Source: Sphyrna mokarran (taxonomy: Eukaryota). From it: 64,000 nt of DNA. Below are positions 37,081 to 52,000 of the stretch, piece after piece. The position numbers were made by a program, and so were the translations under genes. Where the stretch lies: the NCBI GenBank assembly GCA_024679065.1, contig JAGIQG010000009.1:95604001-95668000 (forward strand). The letters are read 5' to 3'. Positions within the stretch are counted from its first letter, which is position 1, and each line of letters opens with the position of its first letter. The notes below the pieces were generated by a model. The model saw only the letters and a program-made list of their open reading frames with translations, was not told the DNA's origin and ran no database searches.

Positions 37081-39039
37081 GGTCAGGGCCAGGCACAAGC
37101 ATGGTCCCATGACCAACCCAAAGCCAAATGGTACCGGCATATGTGCCCACCTCAGTTAAAAGACAAAGGACAACTTGGGGTTCTTTGTGCCCACAAAATC
37201 AATAAGCACCCACTCAACCAACAAGAAGTTATCTTACAGGAAACTATCACAGCTCAAGTCCAATACAAGACCTTGACTTAACCATGCATGACCAACAAGT
37301 ACCCAAGCAAACACTCGCCTGTATCCACGCATCGGTCTCGGTCGTCCTCTGCATATTAAAGTTCTTTGGTCTGGCTTGGCACTCTGGCTTTGGTTTTCCT
37401 TCCTTCCTTCTTGGATGTTGTGGCTTTCCAACTGCTGGTCATCGCTGGCAATGATCATCATCACTGTAACTTGTTCCTGGTTAGGTCTCACGCCCCTTTT
37501 GCTCATTGCCAATCAATCCGGACTTGACCCCCACCCTCTCCACCACCACCCCGATCGATAAGAGTCCATCAGGTGCTGCCACACCAATCTCTAGGTATTG
37601 GCCATGTCTGTAGACACAGGAGGCACACAGGTCACATATCTTCCTTTCATCCTGAATGCAAAGCATGATGGATCACAAACACAGGACCAATGTCTGTCAG
37701 GAGTTCCCCAGTCACTCAACAGTTGAGCAACGACCAGACATGGCATGCACAGTAATAATACATCCCCACAACATATTGATCTTCCAGAAGTTACAGACAA
37801 GAACATACTACAAATACAAATAATCAAATATTCTAACATCATTTTAGGTTCAGAATTATGCACAGGACAATAATAAATCATTGATACAAATGCAAAAGGA
37901 ATAACATTCAAATTTGGATTTTGGAGGTTGTGCACCCAAAAGTGCTGAAGAGGTAGTTTTAACTCTCCAAAATATTTGTCATTTAAAAATGATCTAAATT
38001 TGCATAATAAACACTTCTTGTCAAAGATACCATTTCAGATTTAAACTTCCACAGTCACAGCTCAAAATCTATCACCTTCTCACATACACATGCTATGTTC
38101 ATTTATGGCCCAATTAATGCAATGTAACCAAAGTACAAACTAAAAGTAATTCAAATGTTTTCGATCAGTTTAACAAATTACAGATTCTGTCCACTTTACC
38201 AATTTATTTATGAATAACATAATTTGCACAAATGGTTTATTTGTTCTCCTTTAAGCATTTTAACTCTGTAATCCCAAATAACTAAGTACAAGGAAAAATC
38301 CCATCATTTGTTGGAAAGTCATTGACACTCTCCAGAGCCCTTGGCTTTTTAGGAAAGTTAACTTCCAACATATATTTACATACATTGAATCAACAACTTC
38401 AGATGTGAACATGAGGCTTACCACAGATAACATTTACTCAGTACAGGAAAGTCACAAAACTAACAGATATTACTTTGTAACATTATCACACATTCAAATG
38501 GTTACATCATAAACTGAGAACACATTTCAATGCATCCCTCATTGAAACACAAAACCCATACAGACTTTATTTCTAAAATCCTTTATTTGTCAAAATTAGA
38601 CTTATTTACCTCTTATAAATTCAGGCAATTTCCCATTGATAAGTTGGTTATTTTGTGCACTCACTTTATTCTATCTGTTAAATGTCAGAAACTGTAACAT
38701 TTAAGCACAACCAATCACTTTAATTCGAAAGTTAACAAGGAGAAAATCTGGATGAACCAAACTCTTCACGTTTCAATTATCACTAGGTCGTGATAAACAG
38801 TCTTGCTTGGCATTCACAAATCATCTACTTAAAACAAAACACAAAAATATTTTTGGTTAGAAGCCAAATGAATTAACTCAGTCTCAAATGACTTCTTCAA
38901 AATAAAGGAAAGAGCACATGGTTCCTTCCAAGGTTTAAATCATTTCTTAACAAAATTTGAACCCAGGATTACTCAAAATTCAAACTGGTTATCCCAAACT
39001 TCAATTTATATACCTTGATTTGAAAGTTCAGTTTACTCT

Positions 39040-39359
39040 CCAGCATAATTAAAGACTGCACGCATCCCAGACATTCTCTCTTACACCTTCCTCCATCGGG
39101 AGAAAGATACAAAAGCCTGAGGTCACTTGCCAACTGATTCAAGAGCAGCTTCTTCCCTGCTGCCATCAGACTATTGAATGGATCTACCTCACATTAAGTT
39201 GATCTTTCTCTACCCCCTAGCTATGACTGTAAGACTACATTCTGCACTCTGTTTTCTTCTCTCTGAAAGGTATGGTCTGTTTGTATAACGCACAAAAAAC
39301 AGTACTTTTCACTGTATGTTAATACATGTGACAATAATAAATCAAATCAAATCAAATCA
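39040..39359 (+). mobile_element. Rex1/Babar-like LINE 3' end
   Basis: Similar to 35850-36160; (AAATC)n tail. Confidence 0.7.
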
Positions 39360-40709
39360 CCGCGCACGTATCAGCAATTTAAGATAAATCGTTATGGGTG
39401 TAACCTGGTATTGACGTATATTTTAGAGAAAGGAAAATATAGATTAGATTAGTAATTTGCTAACTTACTCTCAGTGATATTTGTGCCCTTGTCTCTGATT
39501 TTTGAAAATAAAGTGATATTTGATAAGTTGGTCATTACCAAAGACTTTGGCACCAAGCAGTGGGGTGTGGGCAAAGAATCCACAAGAAGTACCCTACCTC
39601 CTCTATCACTATCTCCACCTCCCCCCTAGAAATGATGTCGGGATGCAAATGTAACTGTGATTGAATGTGTGGCATTATGTTACAACCTAAAATGTTCCCC
39701 ATCACAGTAGTGTTACCTGTGGCATTATTTTTGTACTCAAGACTTTCCAGAAGCAGGAAGTGAAAACCAAATCTCATTTAATGTAGAAATTAGACCAAAA
39801 TTAAAAACTGCAGAAACAATTTCAGAAAGATTCTGGTTTGAAGAACATCAATCAAACATACTCACACAATCAAAATATCTCTGAGGTGCCATTCCCCGAC
39901 CCCCAACAATTCATTTCTCCCAATTCCAGCCTGTGGCTTCAGCACAACAGACCCTCCCCAATTTCCCAGCAACAGCGTAAACCCCGGGAATGGTTCCAGA
40001 GAGTGAAACCCCTCGTTCCACATCCTACCCACTTCAGAGTGAAAGCAATGAGTGAATTGGCAGTGAGTGAAATGGATTCCTAAAACTGAGCTTCAATGCT
40101 GTCTTCACTCATAATGTCTGTACCTTTAAGACTTGATTACCTGTAAAGATCCCATTCCAATCATTAATTTGTAAATTGAGTTTGTGTCCTTATATGCCCT
40201 GTTTGTGAATGGAACTACTCACTTGACGAAGGGGCAGCACTCCAAGAGCTAGTGGTTTTTGCTACCAAATAAACCTGTTGGACTTTAACCTGGTCTTGTG
40301 AGACTTCTTACTGTTTCTAAACTCAACATAGGGTACACAGGGCAGATCAGAAGAGATTAAAATTTTCAGCTGCAAATAGAGCAATCCCTGATAAAACATC
40401 CCAGTTCCATTTGCAGAGTTCCATATGTAAAGCTTGAATCCATCAGTCACTGTCGCCTCAATGAAATCACACCCTTCCCAATTCTCTCATCCACTCTGCC
40501 ACTGAGCTCAGGGACTGGTGTTCCTGGATTACAAACCAGACACTGAAGAACACTGGGGATGAGAAAGAAATACATGTTTAAAGAGTAAGGCAAACCCAGC
40601 AAAGCTCTAATACCCCCAACAACACCCATCAGATCCACTTGACCCAAACAAATACCAGCAGCAAAGTCTATCCCACCCATCACAGCTCATACTGCAGAAA
40701 CCTACATGG

Positions 40710-42200
40710 AGTGTGGGATGAAATTAAAAGGATCATTAGATAGTTAAAGAGGGGACATAAAAACTGCTGGCAAAAAGAATCAAGGGACTTCGAAGGATGT
40801 TCCATGAGTACACGAAAAGAAAAGGATAAGGAATGAGCAGGGTCTTTTGGTTTGGTGAATTAGCCATAGGAAATGCATGGGATTACAGGGTAGGCAGCAG
40901 AGGGAGGTGGGATGGCGGGGATGGCAGTAGGCCAGGATACAACGCTCAATCAGAGAATCAGTGCAAAGCTGATGGACCAAATGGGAGTGTAGGGATTGCA
41001 CTGTACTGTAGGGATTCAATGTTTCTAAGGAGATTTGATAAGGGCAGTACAGGGCAAGTGGTCATCATGCAATTTAATAATGCTTTAGACAATATATAAG
41101 ATCCCATCCGTCAGGTTGGTCAAAAAAGTAAAATTTTCTTGGCATCCAAGTGACATTGACAAATCAGATCCCAAATTAACTCAGTGGCAGGAAGCAAAGG
41201 GTTAAGCGGTTCATTGTGATTAGAATCATGTTATTAGAATCAGTTATCATGTTACTGGGTCCATCAGGCCCAGAACTCACTCCCTTGCTTTTTCTATATC
41301 ATGTGAATGATCTGGATATAAATGTAGGGGGAATGATAAAGAAGTTAACAGATGTAAAAATATTGTCCGTGTGGGTGACAGCGAGGAGGAAAGTGTCAGA
41401 CTGGAGGAAGTTAGAGATGGTCTGGGCAGTTGGGATGAACAGTTGGACAATGGAATCAATCCACAGCAGTGAGAGGTGATGGATTTCAGGAGGAAAAACA
41501 AGACAAAGGAAGTCCTCAATAAATGGGAGGATAATGAGTACCATACAGGTACAGAGGGACCCAGGAGAATATGTCCACAGATTGGGAAAGATGCCAGGAT
41601 AGGTCATTAACATTTTCAGGAAGGTACATAACGCATTCTTGTTTATTAGCCAAGACACAGAGCAAAGTGGTTTTGCTAAAACTGTAAACAACACCAGACA
41701 CATAACAGCTGAAGCGTTGCACACAGTCTGGTCAGCACATTATACAAAAGATGTGATTATATTGGAGAGAATGCAAAGGAGATTGTTTAATGTGGACAGG
41801 ACTCGAGAATGTTCACTGTGAGGAAAGAGTGGATAGGCTGCAATCGACTCTATAGAATAGAGGCTGGGGGAGATTTAATTGAGTGGATATAATTATGAGG
41901 AGCCATGCTTAATAGAAATAACAGATTTACCTTAGCCGAGAGTCAAAAACCAGGGGCATAGATTTAAAATAATTGGTAGAAAGATCAAAGGCGGAAATGG
42001 GGAAAAAGGTATTCAGCCAGAGGGTGTAGGGACCTGGGACTCACTGTCTGAAAGGATGGTAGAGACCGAAACTGTCATCACATTGAATCAATTCTTGGAT
42101 GTTGAGTTGAAGAGCTGTGATCCACAGACCGAGTACAGGAAGGTAAGATTCAAATCGAAAGCTCTTCATTAACAGAAAGGGATATGATGGACTGAATGGC
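40710..42200 (+). mobile_element. Ancient CR1 remnant
   Basis: Degraded RT motifs; paralogue of 17850-19220. Confidence 0.6.
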
Positions 42201-42244
42201 CTCACTCTCAATCCAAAGTATTCTATCCTTCAACATTCCACCCA

Positions 42245-42578
42245 CACACCACCAGCTCAACCCATCAGAGCGCCCAAACACCAGCTCAACCCATCAGAGC
42301 CCCCCAAACACCAGCTCAACCCATCAGAGCCCCCAAACACCAGCTCAACCCATCAGAGCCCCCAAACACCAGCTCAACCCTCAGAGTCCCCAAACACCAG
42401 CTCAACCCATCAGAGCCCCAACACCAGCTCACCCATCAGAGCCCCCCAAACCTAGCTCACCCCATCGAGCCCCCCAAACACTAGCTCACCCATCAGAGCC
42501 CCCAAACACTAGCTCAACCCATCAGAGCCCCCCAAACACTAGCTCAACCCATCAGAGCCCCCCAAACACCAGCTAAAC
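42245..42578. repeat. ~29-bp minisatellite
   Basis: Unit ~CCCCAAACACCAGCTCAACCCATCAGAGC; about one copy at the paralogous site 19270-19297. Confidence 0.9.
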
Positions 42579-43002
42579 TTCTGAGTTTTACTCCATATCC
42601 CAAATATTCAACAAACCATCAGACCAATCACAAAACACGACTAGTGTTAAATTCTGTGGGAATGAGAGTACCCAGTGGCCAATTTCAGGGAAAAGTCTGG
42701 GACTTCTGAATTCCTTAAGAAAATTGACAGCTTCTTGAAGGCTGTCCAGGGTGAATATTTCTGGATGATTCGACGCCTCAATACCCACAATCTCTCCACT
42801 CTCAGACTGTACAGGAGCAGCTGTCTCCAGGAGGCCAGTTTCAAAGCTCAGTGTTGGATTGGATGAGCTGCTCTTTACTGACTATACAGCGAGAGACAGA
42901 CACTGAGTTCACATCCCACCCACCAGATTGTACAGTTAAATCCAGCGGGAATATCCCAGTCAAAAGGATCAGCTCCCAATATTTATCAACACAGTTCATA
43001 CC

Positions 43003-43049
43003 TCAGGAACGCATGGAGGAGCTGGATGAGGCATCCCCACCATCAGAAG
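43003..43049 (-). CDS. Gene C exon 7, cytoplasmic Ser-rich end and stop
   Basis: TSDGGDASSSSMRS*; a donor-like G|GTATGA follows the stop, implying a separate 3'UTR exon that I could not locate. Confidence 0.8.
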
Positions 43050-46000
43050 CTGTTAAAAGAAGGAGAGGCATTAAAACCTTTTCATTTTCACACAGACAGA
43101 GAGACTGTGAATGTGATAAAGAGAGAATGTGGGAGACAGAGAGAGACAGAGAGACAAGAGAAAGAGGTTCTCACACACATACTGACAATGACACACATAC
43201 ACACACACACACACAATAAACACAGTGTTTGATGATCAGCTTACTATTTGTGGGATTGTAGTCCCTCTTCCCTTTCCCTGTAAAACAAGAAATGTTCAGT
43301 CAGTGACGCGACTAAGAGAAAATCATAGGCAGAGGCTGGAACTCTTACTCGTACTGAGACCCTACAACAGAATTCTGAACCTGCACACCACAACCTAAAA
43401 CTCTCACTCCCACCCTCACCTTGGAGCCTTACTCTGATCTGAGACCCTCACAGATACCCTAAACTCCATCTGCAATCTGAGACCCTTACCACAATTCACA
43501 GACATTCCTCCTTTATCGTGAGCCCCTTATCCTCCCTATCCCAACACTGGGGATCTTCCACCCACTCTGTGCCCCCGCCACCCCAACCTGAGACCCACAT
43601 CCTGAGCCACCCCCACTCTGGAATACTCTCCCAGAATCCCTCCCTCCAGTGAGGAGCTGCTATTTTCCCTCCAATTCCTACCTTTCTTGTTGTAGATGAC
43701 AACAGCCACAATGATGAGAGTGATGAGCACGAGGACCCCGAGCACAATCCCGACAGTAACAGCAACGTGGGAGCGAGACTTTGGTTCTGTTAGAGAGAGA
43801 GAGTCGGAGAAACTGAATGAATTAGGGAGAGGGAAAAGTGAGAAAGAGAGAATGAGAGCGAGAGCGAGAGAGAACGAGAGCGAGAGAGAACGAGAATGAG
43901 AGTGAGAGCGAGAGAGAATGAGAGCGAGAGAGAATGAGAGCGAGAGCGAGAGAGAGAGAGAATGGGAGAGAGAGAGAATGGGAGAGAGAGAGGATGAGAN
44001 NNNNNNNNNNNNNNNNNNNNNNNNNNNNNNNNNNNNNNNNNNNNNNNNNNNNNNNNNNNNNNNNNNNNNNNNNNNNNNNNNNNNNNNNNNNNNNNNNNNN
44101 NNNNNNNNNNNNNNNNNNNNNNNNNNNNNNNNNNNNNNNNNNNNNNNNNNNNNNNNNNNNNNNNNNNNNNNNNNNNNNNNNNNNNNNNNNNNNNNNNNNN
44201 NNNNNNNNNNNNNNNNNNNNNNNNNNNNNNNNNGAAAGAGAGAGAATGAGAATGAGAGAGAGAGAATGAGAATGAGAGAGAGAGAATGAATGAGAGAGAG
44301 GGAGAGAGAGAATGAGAGAGGATGAGAAAATGGAGAGGAGATGAGAGAGAGAGAGAGAATGAGAGAGAGAGATGAGAGGAGAGGGAAATGAGAATGAGAA
44401 TGAGAGAGAGGGAGAATGAGAATGAGAGAGAGGGAGAATGAGAATGAGAATGAGAGAGAGGGAGAATGAGAATGAGAGAGAGAATGAGAGAGGGAGAATG
44501 AGAATGAGAGCGAGAATGAGAATGAGAGCGAGAGAGAATGAGAATGAGAGCGAGAGAGATAAATGAGAGCGAGAGAAGAGAGAAGAATGAGATAGAGAGA
44601 GAGAAGAGAGAGAGATAGAAAATGAGAGAAGAGAGAATGAGAATGAGAGTGAGAATGAGAATGGAGAGAAGGAGAATGAGAGAGAGAGAATGAGAATAGA
44701 GAGAGAGAGAGAATGAGGAGAGAGGAAGAAATGAGAGGAGAAGAATGGAATGAGAGAGAGAGAATGAGAATGAAGAGAGAGAAATGAGAATGAGAATGAG
44801 AGAGAATGAGAATGAGAGAGAGAGATGAGAGAGAGAGAATGAGAGAGAGAGAGAATGAGAGAGAGAGGGAGAATGAGAATGAGAATGAGAGAGAGGGAGA
44901 ATGAGAATGAGAGAGAGGGAGAATGAGAATGAGAATGAGAGAGAGGGAGAATGAGAATGAGAGAGAGAATGAGAGAGGGAGAATGAGAATGAGAGCGAGA
45001 ATGAGAATGAGAGCGAGAGAGAATGAGAATGAGAGAATGAGAGCGAGAGAGAATGAGAATGAGAGCGAGAGAATGAGAGAGAATGAGAATTAGAGAGAGA
45101 GAATGAGAGAGAGGATGAGAAAATGAGACAGAGAGAATGAGAATGAGAGTGAGAATGAGAATGAGAGAGAAGGAGAATGAGAGAGAGAGAATGAGAATGA
45201 GAGAGAGAGAGAGAAAGAGAAAGAGAGAGAATGAGAATGAGAGAGAGAGAGAATGAGAAAATGAGAGAGAGAGAATGAGAATGAGAGAGAATGAGAATCA
45301 GAGAGAGGGAGAATGAGAGAGAGAGAGAGAGAGAATGAGAAAATGAGACAGAGAGAGAGAGGGCTAGCAGCTTAGAGTGAATAAGTGAGTGAACGACAGA
45401 GAGAGAGAGAAAGTTCAGAGAGAGAGAATGAGAGAGTGAATCAGAGGGAAAGAAAGAAATGTTACAGTGAGAATGAGAGAGGAAGAAAGAGAAATGACAG
45501 AGTGAATCAGAGTAAGAGAGAATCAGGAAATATAGGATATACGTCACAGAAACTGGCCATTCAGCCCATCCAGTTGATGCTGGTTTTTATGTTCCACCTA
45601 AGACTCCTCCAATCTTTCCTCATCTAATTTGACCATTTTAACTCTATTCCCTTCTCCTTCATTTGCTTGTCTATCTTCCCCTTAAACTATACTGTTCAGT
45701 TCAGCCACTCCCTGTGGCAGCGAGCTCCACATTCTCATCACTCTTTGGGTGAAGAGGTTTCTCATGAATTCCCCATTGGGTTTCTTGTATTGATGGCCAC
45801 TGGATATGCTCTTCTCACAGGAGGAACACTCTCGATGTGTCCGCTCTATAAAAAAAGACCTTTCCTAATTTTAAAGTCCTCGATTAGATCAACCCTCATC
45901 CTTCCATTTTCTCGAGAGCAGAGACCCAGCCAGTCAATCCTTTCCTGAGATGCTCACCCACTCATTTCTGGAATCATCTCTGTAAATCTTCTTCACACTC

Positions 46001-49000
46001 TGTCCTCTGACTCTATATCCTTTGTATGAAATGATGACTAGAACAACACAGTCTTTAAATGTGGTCTAACCAAGGTTTGGCAATAACATCCCTGCTTTAC
46101 AATTCTATTCCTCAAGAAGTAAAACCTGGTTTTCGATTGTATTTTGTTTATTGCATAACCTGTAACTGTATGTTTACTGATTGGTGTATTTGTACACCAA
46201 GATCCTTTGTTTCTCAACCCTTCCTATTCATCATTAACTGAAAAATATCTCACATTTATCTGTGCTGAACTTTATTCACCAACTATTTGCTGGAGTTTAT
46301 TCATGTCATGTTAATTTATTCCAGTTCTCCTCAAAATCAAATAATTCCCCCAAATTTGATGTTATCTGCAAATTAAGAAATAGTGTTTTTGATTCCAATG
46401 TCCAAGTTATGGAGTGTAAGTTGTGAATAATAGTGATCCCAACACTGATCCTTGTGGAATGATGGAGGAGCCCAGCACATCAGTGCAGAAGATAAAGTCG
46501 AAATATTCAGAGCAATCTTCAGCCTGAAGTGCCGAGCGGATGATCCACCTCAGCCTCCTCCAGTGGTCCCTAGCGTCTCAGATATCAGTCTCCAGATAAT
46601 TCGATTCACTTCACGTGATATCAAGGACCAGATGGAAGCACTGGATACTGCAAAGGCAATGGGCCCTGATAACATTCCACCAATAGTATTGAAGATTTGT
46701 GCACCAGGACTTGCTGTTCCCCAAGCCAAACTCTTCCAGTACAGTTACAACACTGGCATCTACCCTACAATGTGGAAAATTGCCCAGGTATGGCCTGGAC
46801 ACAAAAAGCAGGATAAACCCAACCCAGCCAATTCCCGCCCAATCAGTCTACTATTGATCACGGGTAAAGTGATGGATGGGGTCATCGACAGTGTTATCAT
46901 GCAGCATCTGCTCAGCAACACTCAGACTGGGTTTCCCCGGGTCACGCAGCTCCTGATCTCATTACAACCTCGGTTCAAACGTGGGCAAAAGAGCTGCATT
47001 CCAGAGGTGAGGTGAGAGTGACAGCCCCTGAAATCAAGACCACATTTGACCGAGTGTGACATCAAGGAGCCTTAGCAAAACTGGAATCAGGAGGGGCAAA
47101 CTCTCCATTGGTTGGAGTCAGACCTGGTACATAGGAAGATGGTTGTGGTTGTGGAGGGTCAGTCACCTCAGCTCGATGACATCTCTACAGGAGTTCCTCA
47201 GGGTAGTGTCCGAGGCCCAAAAATCTTCAGCTCTTCACCAATAACCTTCCTTCCATCATAAGATCGGAAGTGGGAACGTTCACCGATGATCGCACAACAT
47301 TCAGCACCATTCGCGACTCCTCAGATACTGAAGCAGTCCATGTTCAAATGTAACAAGGTCTGGTCAATATCCAGGCTTGGGCTGACAAGGGACAAATAAT
47401 ATTCACGCCACACAAATGTCAGGCAATGACTAATCACCAACTTGAGACACTCTAACCACTGCACATTAACATTCAGTAATGTAACCATCACTGAATTCCC
47501 CTCTGCCAACATCCTTGGGAATTACCATTGTTCATTAACTCAACTGGACTCACTGTATTGGATTAGGAATTGGCTAGCTGATAGAAGACAGAGGGTGGTG
47601 GTTGATGGAAATTATTCATCATGGAGTTCGGTTACAAGTGGTGTACCTCAGGGATCTGTTTTGGGGCCCCTGCTGTTTGTAATTTTTATAAATGATCTGG
47701 ATGAGGGTATTGAAGGATGGATTAGTAAATTTGCAGATGACACCAAAGTCGGTGGAGTGGTAGATAGTGAAGAGGGGTGTTATAGTTTGCAGAGAGACTT
47801 GGACAAGTTGCAGAGCTGGGCCGAGAGGTGGCAAATGGAGTTTAATGCGGAAAAGTGTGAGGTAATTCACTTTGGCAGGAATAACAAATGTGTAGAGTAT
47901 AGGGCTAATGGTAGGATTCTTAATAGTGTTGATGAACAGAGGGATCTTGGTGTATATGTGCATAGATCCCTGAAAGTTGGCAATCAAGTCGATAAGGTTG
48001 TTAAGAAGGCATACGGAGTCTTAGCTTTTATTGGTAGGGGGATTGAATTTCGGAGCCGCAACGTCATGTTGCAACTGTACAAAACTCTAGTGCGGCCGCA
48101 CTTGGAGTATTGTGTACAGTTCTGGTCCCCACATTATAAGAAAGATGTGGAGGCATTGGAGAGGGTACAGAGGAGGTTTACCAGGATGTTGCCTGGTATG
48201 GAGGGCAGGTCTTATGAAGAGAGGCTGAGGGATTTGAGGTTGTTTTCGTTAGAAAGAAGGCAGCTAGAGGAGACCTTATTGAAACATATAAGAGGTTTAG
48301 ATAGGGTGGACAGTGATAACCTTTTTCCAAGGATGGAGAAAGCTAGCACGAGGGGACATAGCTTTAAATTAAGGAGTGGTAGTTATAGGACGGATGTCAG
48401 AGGTAGGTTCTTTACCCAGAGGGTGGTAAGGGTATGGAATGCCCTGCCTGCTGCAGTTGTAGATGCGCCAAGTTTGGGGGCGTTTAAGAGGTTAGTAGAT
48501 AAGTTTATGGATGAAAAGGGAATGGTTTAGGTTAGAGGGTCATTGCTTTTTCTTAATTGGTCAGCACAACATCGAGGGCTGAAGGGCCTGTTCTGCGCTG
48601 TAATGTTCTATGTTCTATGTATGAACAAAGTGACTGCAAATTAAGTCAGAGGCTAGGAATACTGTGGCAAGTAACTCACCTTCTGATTCCCCAAAGCTTA
48701 TTCACCATCTACAAGGCATAAGTCAGGAGTGTGATGGAATATTCTCCAGTTGCCTGGATGGGTGCTCCGCCAACAGCACACAAGACGCTTCACACCATCC
48801 ACGATAAAGCAGCCCACCTGACTGGCATCACATTTACAAATATTTAATCAGCCTACCATTGATGGTCAGCAGCAGCAGTGTGTACTATGTACAAGGTGCA
48901 CTCCTGCAATTCACTGAAGATCCTTGGAAAGCACTTTAAAACTACACGATCACTTCCATCTAAAAGGACAAGGGCAGCAGAAAAATGGGAAAACCACCAC

Positions 49001-52000
49001 CTGCAAGTTCCCCTCCAAGCCATTCACCTTGGGAATAATATGACTTGGAAAGATATCACCATTTCTCTGAGGTTACCAGGTCAAAATCCTAGAACTCCCT
49101 CCCAAACAGCACTGTCACCACCACCTTCTCAAGGGCAACTAGGGATGGGCAATAAATGCTGGTCAACCAGCGACACCCATGTCCCACAAATGAATAAGTA
49201 AGAACATTTTCCACTTTCCGTCACTCCGAATAACTACCTTTACTCACACTCTCTGCTTTGTGTCTCAAAGTCAGTGAGTGATCCATTCTGTCACTCATCC
49301 CCTAACTCCACTTGCTTTGACCTTGTCAATCAGTCCACCATGAACCCATTTTTCGATTACATTTGAAAAATTATATATACCTACTACATTACCATTGTCT
49401 ACTCCCTCTGTCACATCCTCAAAAAATCTACCAAGTGGAGTAAAACAACATTTTCCATTTCAAAATCCATGCTGACTATTCATTGACATAGTATTTGATT
49501 CTAGATTTTTATGAATTGTCTCCAATAAAAGGAATTCCATTATTTTTCTGAATACTGATCTTAATCTGACTGAAGTAAACTTCCAGGATGCACTGGGTCC
49601 TGTCCTACTGTAATTTTTCATATGATTTATTATTGTCACACATATTGGTAACAGTGAAAGGTATTGTTTTTTGGATAAACTGGGGCTTGTTTAGCCTCTA
49701 ATATCCCAGGCACACCATGCCCTACCTCCTGTAATATCCCAGGACACTCCAGGCCCTGTCTACCCTCTTAACATCACAGGTACAATGGCCCTACCTTCTC
49801 TAATATCCCAGGGCACACCAGGTCGTGTCTACCTTCTAATATCCCAGGATACAGAAGACCCTGTCTACCCTCTAATATCCCAGGCACACCATGCCCTAAC
49901 TCCTGTAATATCCTATGATACACCAGGCCCTGTCTACCCTCTAATATGCAAGGCACACTGGGCCCGACCTACTGTAATATCCTATGATACACTGGGTCAT
50001 CACATGCAGCAATAACCCAGGACGCACCAGGCCCTGTCTACCATCTGATATACCAGGCACACTGTGCCCTACCTCCTGTAACATTCCAGGATACACCAGG
50101 CCCTGTACGGCTACACTATCTCAGGATACAGTGGGATTTATTCCACTGTAATATTCCAGGATACACTGCATTCTGTATTACTGCAATATTCCAGGATACA
50201 CTGGGTCCTTTCAGGCTGCAATATCCCAGATACACTGGGCCCCACCATACTGTAATATCCCAGAACACTCCAGGTCCAGACTTACTCTAATGTCCAATGG
50301 TACACCAGGCTCTGCGTTACTGTAATATCAAATGATACACAACATCATGTAGTACTGTAATACCTCAGAAAACACCAACACCAGTCACACTTTAACATCC
50401 CAGGATACACTAGGTTCTGTTATAGTATAATGTGATGTGGAGATGCTGCTGTTGTACTGGGGTAAACATAATAAGAAGTCTCAGAGCACCAGGTTAAAGT
50501 CCAACAAGTTTATTTGATAGTAAACCTACTAGCTTTCAGGGTTTGCTCTTTCGGCAGGTGAGCAGAGAGTGCAGGTCACAAACAGAGCATATAAAGGCAC
50601 ACACACAGTTTACAGAATACTGATTAGAATGTGAGTCCTTATGGCTAATCAATTCTTAAAGGTACAGACAATGTGAGTGGGACAGCATCAAGCACAGGTT
50701 AAAGAGATGCGTACTGTCTCCAGACAGGACAATTAGTGAGATTTTACAAGCCCAGGCAAGTCCTGGGGGTTAAAGATAGTGTGACATGAACCCAAGATCC
50801 CGGTTGAGGCCATATGTGCAGAACTTGGCTATCAGTTTATGCTCAGCGATTCTGTGCTGTCGTATGTTGTGATGGCCACCTTGGAGAACGTTTACCCAAA
50901 GATCAGAGGCCGAGTGCCTGTGACCGCTGAAGTGCTCGCCAACAGGAAGGGTCTTGCCTGCTGATTGTCGAGTGATGTTCATTCAGTGATTGACACCACA
51001 CAACCCTGCCACAGCAACCTCTGCAAGATATGCCAGAACATCGACACGGATGCCATCATCTCATGTGAGAGCACCGTCCACCAGGTACACGGCACATACT
51101 CTTGCAACTCGGCGCTGAGCAGAGTCTGATAGCCAAGTTCCGCATCTGTTGAGGATATCAGTCTGTAAAGATTCACATTCTAATCAGTATTCTGTGTACC
51201 TTTATATGCTCTGTCTGTGACCAGAACTCTCCACTCACCTGACAAAAGGACAAACCCCGACTGCGAGTGGAATTACGATCAAATAAACTTGTTGGACTTT
51301 AACTTGGTGTTGTGAGACTTCTATGCTGTAATATCTCAAGGTACACAAAACCATTCATAGTTTAATATCCTACGATACACCAGGCCCTGTAATACTATAA
51401 TATCCCAGGATACACAAACACCAGTCACACTTTAATATCCCAGGATACACAGCTCCCCGTGCCACAATCATATCCCAAAATGCATTGAGTCTTGTCACAC
51501 TTTAATATCCTGAGTAAACCAGGCCCTGTGTACAGTCACATCCGAGGATACACTTGGTCTTGTCCCTACTGTAATATCCCAGGATACACTGGGCCCTGAC
51601 CAACTAAAGGATCTCATGATACACAGTGCCCTGTCCCACTGTGATATCCAATAACGCAATGGGTCCTGTAATCCAGTTATTTCTCAAAATGCACCGGGCC
51701 CTATCATGCTGTAATATCCCAAGATACACCAGGCCTTATCCATCCTGTAATATCCCATAATACACTGGATCATGTTGCACTGGAATACAGAAGGATACAG
51801 AGGGGAATGTTTTATATCAAATCCACAGATACACAATTATTTCTTTCCAATGGTGATGCCATGTTATATAATACACTGAAGATTAATATTTATTTCATTC
51901 TCTCTGTATCCCGGGCCTCAGGCTGTCCTGGGCTGACAGCTCAGCACTGACCCTCCCTCCTGTGATCCTGGTCTGAGGCTGGGTCCTCTCTAACAATGAG

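Noticed and set aside
39800-40090. Candidate terminal 3'UTR exon of gene C (ttttag acceptor near 40081)
   Set aside because: No counterpart found downstream of gene B and no other support.
43790-45547. 585-aa Ser/Leu-rich ORF
   Set aside because: Translation of a (TC)n microsatellite spanning an N gap.
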